Shown: positions 50,500 through 62,995 of the stretch, piece by piece
Layout: the number at the start of each line of letters is the position of its first letter
How positions within the stretch are numbered: the first letter of the stretch is position 1
From: Camelus dromedarius
Lineage: Eukaryota
Direction: 5' to 3'
DNA length: 64,000 nucleotides
Assembly (NCBI RefSeq): GCF_036321535.1
Contig: NC_087436.1
Location: 117,368,001 to 117,432,000, forward strand
Notes under the pieces: model-generated
The model's database searches: none
Told to the model about the DNA's origin: nothing
The model's input: only the letters and a program-made list of their open reading frames with translations
Made by a program: the position numbers and the translations under genes

Positions 50500-52631
50500 T
50501 GGTGGAGTCTCTGGTCACTTCTTTTGCTGGGAAATAAATTGCTAGATTGGAAGCTATGTTGCGTGGAATACCCTGACAATGCTAAGACTCTCCCTGAGTG
50601 TGCAGATGGGAACGCCAGGAGGAGCGTTATGGGAGGGAAAGACAAATACATCTTCAGAAGGTGTGTCTTATCCAGGGAGGACGAGCTTCCCCTCCCTCCA
50701 TGCTGGAAGGAGTCCCATACAATCAATCGCCCAGCAGGCAGTTCTCCCCAGGGGAAGTTTTGCATCAGCAGCTGAGCGTCTCTGCTACTGGCAGCGGTTC
50801 AATTGCAGCATAGAAACTACCCAACTGAGTGGTACATAACCACCACCATCTTGTTGTGCTCATGGATCTCGTGGGTCAGGATTTGCAGAGCACACAGCGG
50901 GGATCATTTTCCATCTGGTCTACAATGTCTAGGGCCCTGGCTGGGAAGCCGAGCAGCTGGGGGCGACTCAACGGTCAGGGCTGGGACCATCTGAAGGTTT
51001 TTCCACTCACATTCTGGTGCCTGGAATCGGATAGCCTGAAGACTGGGCTCCACTGGGACTGCTGACCAGAGCACCTCCACGTGGCCTCTTGAAGTGGCTT
51101 GAACCTCTCACAGCCTTGCCCCTGGGCTTTGAGAGGGAGCATGTCAGGGGAGAACCTCTGGAGAGCAGGCATTCCAAGAGAACTCACCAGGGCTGTATGG
51201 TCTTTCTGACTTCACCTGAGTCGCCACTAGCATCATTAATGGCATCCCATACTGGTGAGAGCAGTCATGAGCCCACCGGGATTCAAGGGAGGGCAAAAAG
51301 TTTTCCCCTCTCAATGGAAAACGTTTCCAAAAATTTTCTTTTTTTCAACTCGTCACTGCAGGTTCTGCACTCAGCACCAGTGTTAACCGGGTCAGCCTTG
51401 GAGAGGGGACTTCTGTGTTGTCGAGCGCATCCACAGCCTCTATCCCTGCCATCATGTACCTTGTATGTGGGCCCACTGAGCAGGCACCGGGGTGGGCAGG
51501 CAATGGGGCTGACGGACATCCACAGAACATGTTATTTCATCCCCAGCGTCCCAGGGGTCACTGCTGGTGAGCATTCTCATAAGATGCAAATCTTCATACT
51601 CTGAATTCATCCTGAAACATCCATCCACATCCTTCTTCCTCCAGCCTCCTTGTACCCAGTCATGGAGTTCTTTCTTTCCCAAGTCACTGAGCATCTAGCC
51701 ACATAGGTAGCCGGTTAGCGACCACCCATGAGTTCATGCAGATTTCTACTCTGGATGTCTCTCAGTCCAGACAAAGTGGACAAATGTCCCACTCAGCACT
51801 CTGCCCACTGGGGAGATTTTCCTTCACCACCTCCCCTCGGGGATCCCTGGGTGGGGCTGCAATGCTGCAGCTGTCCACGTGGTTGGACATCTTCACATCA
51901 CGATGGCTGGTGTTATCATATCACATAGAGCCAGCCGTACACTAAGCCTCAGCTTTTTCTCCTCAGTCACGAAAAACTCCCCCCTGAGACCCCAGGTGTG
52001 GATCAGAGGGGACAATGCAGCAGGAGTTGGTCCCAGAGAACCTGAGGCACCTGCACGTGCAACTTACTCAGTTTCCAACCTGCTCAAGGTCAAGTCTTGT
52101 ATTCCATTTCTACTCAACAGTATGTTACTGCTGTACGGGCCCAACCTGGTGGTTCAGTGGATCAGGTGACATCGAGTTCACACCATCAACTGGTGTTCAG
52201 TCTCCACCAGGGCCTGCTAACAAGTGAGAAGTTGTTTTTCAAAAGGGAAATAATTATCTGCAGAAGACGGTATGGATTTGCTTTAAATCCTTGTGGTCTG
52301 TATACCGGGAGTCTCCAAATCGTTCGTGCCAGTGTCTCCTGACAAGACCACTATCGGCCACAGACACTTCAAGTGCCATTGGCTTTGTCAGGTTATAAGA
52401 CCGAAGAGATGGAACAGTGTGTCCTACAGCCTGGAAATGGCTCCGAGCCTTCCCCTGCTCCAATACCCACGCAAACTGGCCGACTCGCGGGTTCCTCAGG
52501 AAGGAGGTCCAGGTAACACACTTAGACGTGGAGACGTTGCCTCCAACATCTGGAAATCCCCGTAAGTATTTGCTTCCTTTTTAAGTGCAGTACCAGGCAC
52601 AGCAGCCCCCGTGTCATCTTGGAGGTGATAT
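50500..52631 (-). mobile_element. Decayed ERVL internal pol relic (RT connection, RNase H, integrase N-part), interrupted by an MLT1 at about 50780-51330
   Basis: Frame-broken peptides matching recalled ERVL pol: TALKKEA, PMALEVSVAD, GEGKSPQWAE, AQWAHIQG, HDGRDRG...PLSKAD...AECRTC (HHCC zinc finger), WAIDCMGLLPAW. Confidence 0.8.
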
Positions 52632-52634
52632 ATT

Positions 52635-53160
52635 AACCTCAGTCCTACAGCCGCAAGGGACTGAATTCTGCCCACAGCCTGTAAGAACAGGGACAGGGGT
52701 TCTCCCCTAAGAGCCTCCAGAAAGGAATGTAGCCCTGCCGAGACATTGATTTTAAGCCAAGACCCAGACCAGACTTCTAACCACGGAACTGTGAAATCAT
52801 CCATTTCTGTCGTTTCCAGCACTGTTTGTGGCAATTTGTTCCAGCAGCAACAGAAAACTAATATAAATGCCCACCTTTGGACCCCTATCTCCTCTGCAGT
52901 GAGGAAACCCAAGCTGCCCCATGGAGAGGTCCACGTGGAGCAAAATCGGCGGCCAGAGCCATCTCACCAATCACAAAGGAACAACCTTGGAAGTGGACCA
53001 TCCAGCCTCATTGAGTCACCCCACATGGAGGGGAAACCAGTTGTTCCTGCAAATTCCTGCTCCAATTTCAGATGCGTGAGCAAAATAAATGGGGGCAGTG
53101 GTTTTAAGCCACTTACGTTTGGTGTGCTTTGTCACATGGCAATAGATGAAACAGGAACGT
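52635..53160 (+). mobile_element. Two adjacent MLT1 LTR fragments
   Basis: ctgaattctgccc...gagcctccagaaaggaatgtagccctgccgagac...agaaaactaata; ggttttaagccacttacgtttgg. Confidence 0.65.
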
Positions 53161-54994
53161 ACAGATAGATGCATGTGGGAGTGAGCCCAGGGGGTGAGGG
53201 GTGCCCCGGGAGAACCAGGCTTTGTGGTGGCACCATGACAGGGGTAGAGGGGTTATGAAAGGAGTTCTGATGGGCCTGAGAGAGGGTGGCGATCAGGCTG
53301 AGGGGTGGGGGTTGGGGAGAGGGGAGCGAGGGAAGCAATGACCTGAACTCTGGGGCCCACTCCTGCCCCTGGGGGTGAGGGCTGGGAGGAACCAAGTTCC
53401 TGAGGTCCTTTTTGACTCTTCTTTATTGTATATAGAAGGGAGCACTATACGCACCCTTTTGCATCCATGTCTTCATATAATTTTTTTAAACAATCAAAAG
53501 GATCCTTTACTGTAAAAGTAGATAATACTGTAATTCATCAAAATGATTTATTTGTAATAGTTAACTGCCTCTTAAATATAATCTTAAAAATGATGACTTC
53601 TGAAGCTAAAAGTAGCACACATACACTATGCTGTACACCAGAAATTAACACGTAAATCGACTTTACTTCAGTAAAAAAAAGTAATGTGGATTCAATCAGT
53701 TCATTTAAAATGATCTATTTAGAACATGGTAATAAAATTTTTTTTAATTAACCATCCCCTATGTAGTCTTCTTAGAAAGGAAATCAGGACAAGTTTCTGA
53801 TCAGATAAATGCTACAAAGGGGATTAAAAAGAAGGATAAATTGGAATAGACATGTCAATTTCCTGGGCTTTGTCACCATACAATTTTTTTAACACGAGGA
53901 ACATAATTGGGTATCACGAGCATAGAGAACTCTTTGGTGGAGTTTTGCTGTAAAGGGGACCAAATAAAGTGGTTAATAGCCCTGGGGGCATGAGAGAACC
54001 CTATTTTAGGTGTATTCATTTGAAGACGGGAAATAGTAGACATGTTTGTATGCTGATAGGAGTGATGCAGCTCAAGGCATGAAGAATATTCCAATTGAGG
54101 TATGAAAGTCTGTAAGAGCTGCAGCTCTACTGAAAGCTAGCTGCTCACATCGCTTGAGAAATAAAGCAGCTACACAGTGATTTCTGCCAAACTGGGAAAA
54201 TCCTCATCCTCACCTTCAGCGCTGAATCTGTGAGACTTAGATGAGATCTCTGTGGCGTAACTTACTCTTCTTTCTGTCCAGCCCCCAGTCTCCCCTCCAC
54301 CCAGAGCCCACAATTCTGCTTCTTTAAAGTGAGCCCTTGGTGTGTACAAAATATTCCCGATTGCTATTTTATTTAACTATTTTTATGAATTCCATGGAAA
54401 CAATTCCTAAATTCCACCAAAACTCTTTACCATTTCAAGAAATATTGAGCTGAATCAAAATCTTAAAATACTTTTAAATGGAAGGCAGGCAGTTATCCTA
54501 ACTGTGGCCACAGAAGGGGGCACCTAGTAACAGCTCCTAAGACCTCGACCCCCCTTCGCCCCTGAAAGTACCCCTCTTACAAGGATGTGGCTCTTAGCCT
54601 TTCCCTTGACTCCTTTCCAACGCATTTCTCTCTTGCTTAGCCAGAGACTTTTTGTTGTTGTTGCATAAAACCGAAGAACCCTGAAACAGCCAGGATCCTA
54701 AATCCTATTAGTCTCCTAGAAAGACCACTGCCCCTAAGCTAGGTCCCAGACACAGGGTGCGGGGAGACTCAATCTGGTTTTTACCCTGAGCTACGTTAGA
54801 TTCTTCTATCTCTGTGCTCCCCCAAAATTCAAACATTCTAGCTTCTGCAAAGACATCTCTGCCCTAAGTGAATGTAACAGGATAGTTCTGGACCCAGGGT
54901 GCACATTAAAACCCTTCACAAAAAAGCCTTGTCACCAGCTGCGTCGGAGCCTGGGCCCCCAGCGTGCAACTCAGGTTGAAGGCTTGGTCTTGAC

Positions 54995-55220
54995 TGATAC
55001 TGAGCAGGACCCTGTGGGGGTCCCCCTGATACAGATCTGTGTTCTCCGTTTCTTGTTTGTAGGAAATAGACTTCATTCAGCCTCCCTGACTCTCCCTGTG
55101 TTCCAAAGAGCAGATTCAAGCAGTTGCTAATCAGGGAAGGGAGGGAAGACAGAAATTGGGAGGAACAATCAAGAAACAAGAGCACAGCCATAAAGCAGGG
55201 TCCCGGTTCCTCCTGAGTTC
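54995..55220 (+). mobile_element. ERV1 LTR 5' fragment, MER41-like (artiodactyl family)
   Basis: Starts TGATACTGAGCAGGACCCTGTGGGG; contains ttccaaagagcagattcaagcagttgctaatcagggaagg. Family name from memory. Confidence 0.6.
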
Positions 55221-55889
55221 CCTGCCGAGGGTCTGAACCAATGCCCTCTCTAATCCTGCCCGGGGGTTTGCAACCTTGACCTTGCACTGGACCCTCTCAT
55301 CACTGACTGACGCGGCCACCTAATTCTGACCTTAGCTCAACTTTGCTCCTTACTTTACGACTCCCTCTCCACACCCTCACTTGTGTGTGTACACGAACCG
55401 GGCTCGATTCTGCTCACGGATCACACCTGCCTCTTCCCTTTCTGGATCTTGGATCTTCTTTGTCTTTCATTCCCTCCCCATTACCACTTACTGAGTGAGC
55501 ACCTACTGTGTGCCAGGCATCGAAACAGGTGTTTCATAGATGTTATGCCTGTCACCCACGACCCTACAGCCCAGATACTGCTCCTGCCTCACAGCTGGAG
55601 AGAGATTAGCTACCACTGCAGCGTGGGTGCAGGTGTGACCTGAGCCAGACCACAAGTGGTGACGGAAACAGATCACGGCCTGAAGTCCCCTGGGGTGGGG
55701 AGTGGAAATGAAGTAAGGTACTTCATGTGTCATGATGCTTACGATGTTGAGGTTTAATGTAAACATATTTGTATCTGAAAGTTCGAATACAGTCTTCCAG
55801 AGGTCTCTGAAAAGCAGAGTAGCCTTCTCTACGATGAAGCCTTATTTCTGTAGTTAACCCCAAGTGCTAGTAGCTGAAAACAGAAACTA

Positions 55890-55927
55890 CTCCAAAACCC
55901 ACAAGAAAGTTATAAAAATAGTTTATT
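55890..55927 (-). terminator. TMEM128: TMEM128 polyadenylation signal AATAAA (55927-55922) with downstream U/GU-rich element
   Basis: Minus strand reads AATAAActatttttataactttcttgtgggttttgg; a second ATTAAA is at 55758-55753. Confidence 0.7.
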
Positions 55928-56586
55928 TAAATGTTAAGAAAAAAATTCTACATACTTAGAATGATTAAAAGTTCGTAAGTTAAACAAGTGTTAAAAACTC
56001 AGTAATTTACAGTGATAAAATCTTGAGTGATGGGAAAACATAAAATTCTTTCAATTGGTCCTCTCACCTAACGAAACTATTATACAAATGAAATTATATC
56101 GTAATTGTTGAGGTTGGGTTAAAGGCACATGACACGGTCATTCCTTTATATACACAGCTATCTAGTTACACATATAAGCATACAATAACCTGTCTTATAC
56201 AATAAACTGCTATCCCTCACGTGGAAGAGTGAACAATTTCTCAACAACACTGGCAGTACCTTATCCACCTATAATGAAACTTTAAATTTTTACAACAAAC
56301 TTTCTCTAATGATCCAAAAGGATTGACACTGCAAATAAGCTATTTCTGTTTTGAACGGAATATCTCTACTTTGAATCTGAAAAACTCAGTGATCACCTGA
56401 GTTGAAGAATATGCAAAAGAAATATAATTTATTCTGATTTCAACCTCAGAGGTATAAAGTTACAATTTTTCCAAGGAAACCATTCACCTTGTAGATGCAA
56501 AATCAGTGTAGCTTTCCATTCTGTCTGTGATGCTCCCAGCTAGCAGGATGCTAACCATTCACCTTAAACTGACATTGCCCTTAATC
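55900..56586 (-). other. TMEM128: TMEM128 non-coding terminal 3' UTR exon
   Basis: Strong acceptor gggttttctttcag|G at 56587/56586, AT-rich unique sequence, ending at an AATAAA. Confidence 0.75.
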
Positions 56587-57876
56587 CTGAAAGAAAACCC
56601 AAGTGAGACATTCTGTCTTAAGCTGTTGGACTTAATATGAAAAAGCACAGTTCAGTCTACATGCCTGCAACACTATCTGGCTCTTTGTTACCAACTATAA
56701 ATTGATGTCAGCAAATAAGCCGAAAGCTCCTGTATCGTGTGTAAAAACTCAATACCAAACAGTCAAAGATTTAAAGGAGACGGGGTCAAGAGGGAAAGTT
56801 CCTGTGGCGACACGTCGACAGGGACAGAGGGTGCGCTGTGAGGGTCCAACGTCCTAGACCAGCACGATGCCTGGAGGGGCCTCCACAGCGCAGCACGTGC
56901 GTGCTAGCAACCGCTCTCAGACTGGCAATAAGGCTGCGTCCATTTCTTCCTTACCTGGTAACAGTGACTTACCTTTAAAAGTTCAAAGGGAGAACATGCT
57001 GTCTGTGAGCTGAAATGTCAGTTTTCTTTTGTGCCTCAATAATTTAATGTATTAACTTAATTAAGTTAGTTAAGTTAATTGTGTTTTAACTTCTCTGGGC
57101 CTCCGTTTTCATACGTGTAAAGCGATGTATGGAGACTGCCTCCAAGTTCTGAGGTGAGTGACATGAGAAGGGCTGTCTTTTTCATCACGTCCCTAAGCAC
57201 GCAGAGTGAGCACTCTCAACACGTGCTTATTTAATAAATGAGTTATCTGATATTCAGCAGACAGACCCCACTGTGTAAGGCGGCAGGCCCGAGGATGCAG
57301 GGGTCTGTGTGGAGGCAGAAATTCTTTAAATAACATAGCAGGAAAAGGCTGATGTGTACTCCATCAGATTTTTATAAGGCAGCCAGGAAGGTCAGAAAAT
57401 GGTAGAATTTTTTTTTCTGAATTGGGTAAAATTGCCCATTCTTTCCATACTCCCACTAACAAAGAATGATCTAGCCAACAGTCATTTGTGTAGAAGTTAG
57501 TGGAGGCTGCCTGCAATAGAAAATGGACGAATGTGTGAATTTATCTAGTCGGAAGGTGCAAATACTACTGTCATCAGAACCTGGAAGGGCAAGGTGCCTT
57601 CCCTAAACAGTCGTCCCTTAGAACTAAATCATGCAGAAGGGGAGGGATCACAGTCCCTCTCATCTCAGAGTTCAATGGATGAGCAGCCCGGGTGTTCTGA
57701 AACAGTGTTATTTATTGACATAGTTACTTCAATTATAATATTTATAATAATAAATTATGCACTGAAGCGGTTCACAAGCAGTCTGCTCCTGCTGTGTCCT
57801 CTGAGAACTGCCACAGAAGCCTTTGCCAGATGAGCCCGTTAGCAGCAATACCATCCCAGAACCTTACCTTCAGACA

Positions 57877-57976
57877 TCATCCCAGGAGTGAGATCAACAT
57901 GACAACCCCCATAAACTGGGTGAACAACAGCAGCGGAGTGAAAAACGACCACACGTGCCACAGAGCAGCATTGAAG
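57877..57976 (-). CDS. TMEM128: TMEM128 last coding exon ([33 protein letters not shown])
   Basis: Acceptor ttttcctttcag|C, in phase with the previous exon (TG+C = Cys). TGA at 57879-57877. The exon continues 9 nt to the donor GAAG|gtaagg at 57868/57867. Confidence 0.94.
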
Positions 57977-59029
57977 CTGAAAGGAAAAGGACAAAAAGAC
58001 CGCAGGGTTGACAACCACAGCTGGACTCCATACAGACACACTACACTGCAGACTCCAGATCTGAGGAACTCACTTTTCACCCAGTCTGGGAAAGTGCGTT
58101 CAGCCAGTAACTTTCTCTATATACATCGCTCGTGTTTCTCAGACACGTGATTTAGCCCATATTGGAAATATCACAATCTCTTCACAAAACACCTGGAAGT
58201 GGAATCACTAAAGCTCTTCTCGTGAGAGCCGGCATGGCTTCACACTTACGTCTCTAGTGTCTGCACAGGAGCACAAAGTAAAATGACTACAGCCAGCTTT
58301 CACAGTCTCACACATTACCCAACTATCGTGGTGGGGGGAAAAAAAAAGATGGTTGAAAGTATTTTCCTGTTAGAAACACAATGAAAAAAGTCATCATTCA
58401 TAAGCTGCTATTAAATTTGATACCAAAGAAAACACTTCTCATCACCAAGGTAAGAATAAAAGGCTTTCTAAGCGCAGATGATTTTTATGGACTGAATCTG
58501 TAAGAGCAGAAGTTAGTAAAGGAAAATTATAGTCAAGTAAGGGTTTCAGATGGCTAATGATTAAGATATAACGTCTTGATAAGTAGAAACTTAAACAGCT
58601 ATAATCCTACTGTTCTGAAAAGGAACATGACATTTCTGGGATTGATGTTAGCCTTGTAAGAAATTACAGAATATCATACCTGTCTACACACATCGCTGAA
58701 GGGTTAATAACAACCACATCACAATGTAACACAGGCCAAGCATCCATAAACTTTAACTACAGAAAATAAATCACAGAAAAAATACATTTAAACTGAATAG
58801 GTACAGAGGTGTGTGGTTTTCCCAAAATGGAAATTCACTTAACATAAAGAAAGGAAAAAACCTAAAAGGCCAGACACAATGGTGTGGTTTTCTCTCTGGT
58901 TGGCAGGATCATGGGATTTCTTTTCCCTTCTTTCTTCATTTCTTTATCTTTTCTTTTCGGTAACTTACAGATTTTTCTTTAGTAAGCAAGTATACTTTTA
59001 TAAACATTAAAAAAAATTTTTTTTCATTG

Positions 59030-60060
59030 AGAATCTATTAACTTACGAATAAGGATATTGATTGCAGCATTGTTTATAACAGTAAAAGAATAAAAAACCA
59101 GGGAGCTAGTTAAAAAAATCATGAATGTCCGTGCAGTGATAACCAGGTAACTACTAAAAAGAATCTATTAAAAAGGCACATCTAGCACAGGGAAATATAT
59201 ACAGGATCTTGTGGTGGCTCACAGCAAACAAAAAGTGTGACAGTGAATATATGTATGTTCATGTATAACTGAAAAATTGTGCTCTACACTGGAATTTGAC
59301 ACATTGTAAAATGACTATAACTCAATAAAAACATGTTAAAAAAAATGACATCTAACAGGCACCCAAATGGAAGAATTCTAAACAATATGACTCAGTCAAA
59401 AAAACCTTTTTGGGAAGCAGCCTGGCACCGTTTACTGAAGCTGGAGGTGTGCCTACGCGATGAGGCAGCAGTTTCACCTCCGGAGCTGCGTACATATACA
59501 CGCGCACGGACACATACACCCAACAGAAGTGCGCCCATGCACACAAGACATACACAAGACTGTTCTAAACAGCATCACTCATATCAACCCCAGACAGGGA
59601 CAATCCAGACGCTATCAACAGCAGGACGGATGAAGTGGGACTCAGTCACAGGATGGAATGCTGAACAGCAATAGAAATGATTGACTGTTACGGACGACAA
59701 GATGGATGAACCATATGTAATGCTGCATGGAAACAGCCAAACAGTCAAATGTGAAAGAATACACACTGTGAATCCACTTCTATACAGTTCAAAAAAAAGA
59801 CGAAACAAAAACAGTATTTAAGAGGCGCAAAAGCAAGCAAGCACCCTGACGGTGGGGACGGTGTTTACCTGGGGCAGGAAGGAAGGTGTACTGAGTGGGA
59901 GGGGACACGGGGGCAGTTCAAGGGGTCAGCTCGGTTCTCCTTCTTGATCTGGGTGGGGTTCACACCAATGCCCATTTCACAACCATTCATTCAGCTGTAC
60001 AATTTAGATTTTTCCAATTTTCTCTATGTATTACACTTCACAGCAAAAATGATTTAAAAA
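59030..60060 (+). mobile_element. Old L1ME/MC-like fragments with a younger L1 3' tail (about 59215-59345) in a TMEM128 intron
   Basis: ttgcagcattgtttataacagtaaaa; gtataactgaaaaattgtgctctacactgg...ctcaataaaa; ttcttgatctgggtgg. Confidence 0.6.
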
Positions 60061-60253
60061 GCAAAATGCAGAATATATACATAGCATGTCACCACTTGTA
60101 TTTTGAATAACTAAATACATGAGAAAGATGCCACTGAAAAGGGAATCAGGGAGCCTCTTTTCCCATTATTCCTTTTTTTTTTTTTTACATTTCCTACCAT
60201 GTACCTGATCAAAACATTTTTCATTCCTATTAGTTATTCCAAAGTTAACTTAC

Positions 60254-60412
60254 CAAATTCCTGCTACAATAAACGTAGCCGTGGTAATCGGTATCAGGGC
60301 TGGATACCTGACGTCATAGTCTTCGATTCCGCGGTACCACTCCAGGTAGAATATGCAGTAAAATGCAATCGATAAGCTGACAAGCAGCAAGGCACCGCCA
60401 CAGGGAAACCAA
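60254..60412 (-). CDS. TMEM128: TMEM128 penultimate coding exon ([52 protein letters not shown])
   Basis: Acceptor ccctacag|T, donor TTTG|gtaagt, 159 nt. Hand translation matches recalled TMEM128, the known neighbour of OTOP1. Earlier exons lie beyond the window end. Confidence 0.93.
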
Positions 60413-62530
60413 CTGTAGGGGCAAGAGTAACATCCTTGTTATCCTCTCACACACCCTCTCCACAGCCTAATAGCAAATAGTCTTTTTCCACGCATCTTAA
60501 ATATGACACCAGCTCACACAGATGGGGGCCTACCAGTGGCAGGTATCTTGTCTTTGACAGTACAAGTATCTGGCGAAGGTTTTGTACGTTCACCTTTGAA
60601 TACAGGTGATTCGAATTGTGAGACCTGCTCCTAACACGGGGTTTTGGTTTTGGTGGTCTATACTCTGTTTACTCGGCTATACCTGTGAATGGTGCCCACC
60701 AGTCACGTATGACCCAGCCCTGCTTCTAGAGAAAGGAAGCGCCTTAACCTACTGGATCAGAATTTCTAAGCCTATCTTTGGAAAGACGTTATTTCCAATT
60801 TTGCTCCAGACTGTGTTCACAGCAGACTTTGGGTCTAGACAATATAAACTACTTATAAAGGCTCTGCAGTTACCTGAAGCTGCCTAGAAATTCAGTGATT
60901 GTTAAGCAAATAGGCAGACAAAAATAAAATGGTTTAAAAAAAAAGTGCTGATTGACATCACTTAGCAAATCAGCAGATATCTTAAAGGTTTTCATCACCA
61001 GACTAAAAATCTATTTCTAAGACTACCGACTAGGGGAGGGGCACAGAGGACGCAGTTATTCAATCGCAGCTTCCAGTCTCACTCTAACAGGAGACGGGTG
61101 AGTAAAGGTGGGTGAAACGCAGGAAAGAATGAAAAAGCAAGGCTTTAAACACACACACACAGACATACTTTCATAAACGAACCACCCAAAATAGAACCCT
61201 GGTTACAGCAATGCATTTTCTTTAAAAACACAGGAAAGATAGTGGCTTTCTGGCTGTTTCTGAAGTTTTAAGTGTGAGGGTAAAGAAGACTTCAACAGGT
61301 ACCATCAACTCCTCCAAGTTAAGCAGGATTCCTTAGAATACTGAAAATCCATTTGGAAGTAGTTAATTCAAATTGCCTCTCATAGAAGATTTCTAAACGA
61401 AACCCCCCCCCCCCCATTCTGAGACTATCTCTAGTTCTCTCCCAAGGGGCAATGGCTTTTTCTTCCTTCTGACTCCACCCAAGACCTGGCTCAGTGTGTG
61501 CGAGAAAACCTTACCAGCCCTTCCTTCCAGCTCCAGCTGGCCGTTGGGGGAGGCCAGATTTGGAAAATGAAGTCCCTCTCCCAGTCCCAACTCAACCCAA
61601 TACCCCCCGTTAGCGTTTCCTTCTCCACGGGAAGAAGATCGACTCCACGCAGAAGGGAGAGGGGGAAGAGACAGTCAGAGCAGTCAAGTTACCCAGGCAC
61701 TGCATGGACTTCCAACAACAGCCAGGACCCAGATTCCTTTAAGGCAATTCATGCGGCTGCAATTCTGGGACTCAGAATCAGGAGGCAGGAGAGTGCTGGG
61801 GTTCGGGGCACAGCCCTTGAAAACTTACCTATCTGGGTTTGAATCTCAGCTCTGCATGACTAGTTTTGTGACTCTGGACAAATTACTCAACCTTAGTGTG
61901 CTCTGAAAATATTAACAGTACAGCTCCCAGGACAGCTGTGAGAATCAGTGCTCAGTTCTTCTTACACAGCTAATCCTCAACAGTGACCACCATTATTCTA
62001 CTGCTGACACCGAGGGGGAAAATATTCCCATGTTCTTCCTTAGGGGTCTTCAAAGACTGCTCTCCTGCTAGGACGTGCGTTCTCAACGGGGCGAAAATCA
62101 CCCGCAAAGAGAAGAAAAAAAAAATCTTCGTTTTTTTTTTCTGTATAAAGCACAAATATTCAAGTCATATATTAGGAAAAAGATGTTTTTAAAAAAGACT
62201 TCTCAGGAGGTGATAATAAAGAAAGGTAGAGGAACACTGTGCTAGAGTTATGGGGATTCCTTCTTTGTCAGAATCCTTCCTCCTACTCATTTCAGTCTTT
62301 ATCTTCACCAGGAAGCCTAGTGTGGCTTCTCTGTCCTGACGGTACAGGACATAAAGAAGGAGAAATCTGCCTGAACAAAACAGAACCACTGCAAGTCAGT
62401 GAGCATCAGCTCTGGCTGTGTATCAGTCACCTCTGCAGCTTTCTGAAGGGAAGCTATCTTGTCCCCGTCTCCAAAATTCTGAACTGGGGGTCTGAGGAAG
62501 GCCCTGAGCGCCTGGGATTGTAATTTTAGT

Positions 62531-62565
62531 TGTGTGTGTATGTGTGTGTGTGTGTATGCATGTGT
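62531..62565 (+). repeat. Imperfect (TG)n
   Basis: Directly visible. Confidence 0.85.
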
Positions 62566-62995
62566 TTTAACTCCACAGTTGATTCTGATGCCTGCAACCG
62601 GAACTCTCTAGAAAACTGATTTCTAAAGCATCACACTGTTTTGCTTTGTTTTTAATGTTGACTTATCTTTCCCACCTTTGAACATACAATCTTATAGCCT
62701 TGCATAGATTTCAAGAACCCTACGTCCTGAGCTTGCGAACTTGGGCTAATAGCAGGGTGAAAGGGAAGCAACTTCCAGCATCAGAGGAATGAACTGTCTT
62801 TGAGAAGGTGGGAGGCAGCCTCGCTGCTGGCCTCGGGGCAGGGCTTTCACGCCCGGGCTGCGGCGACTCCCTGCTTCCCTGGGTCTCAGCAAGAAGGCAC
62901 GCTCCTCAAACTCCTCTGCCTCTGAGCAGGCACTTAGTCCCTTTTCCTCTAAGATGACACTCTGGAGGGCAGGCCTATGATTTCCATTTCCTTTT

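Noticed and set aside
22432..60254. In-phase TMEM128-OTOP1 read-through chimera (60254 donor to OTOP1 exon 4)
   Set aside because: Phase match has a one-in-three chance; it would need to bypass a strong poly(A) signal and several exons; no evidence.
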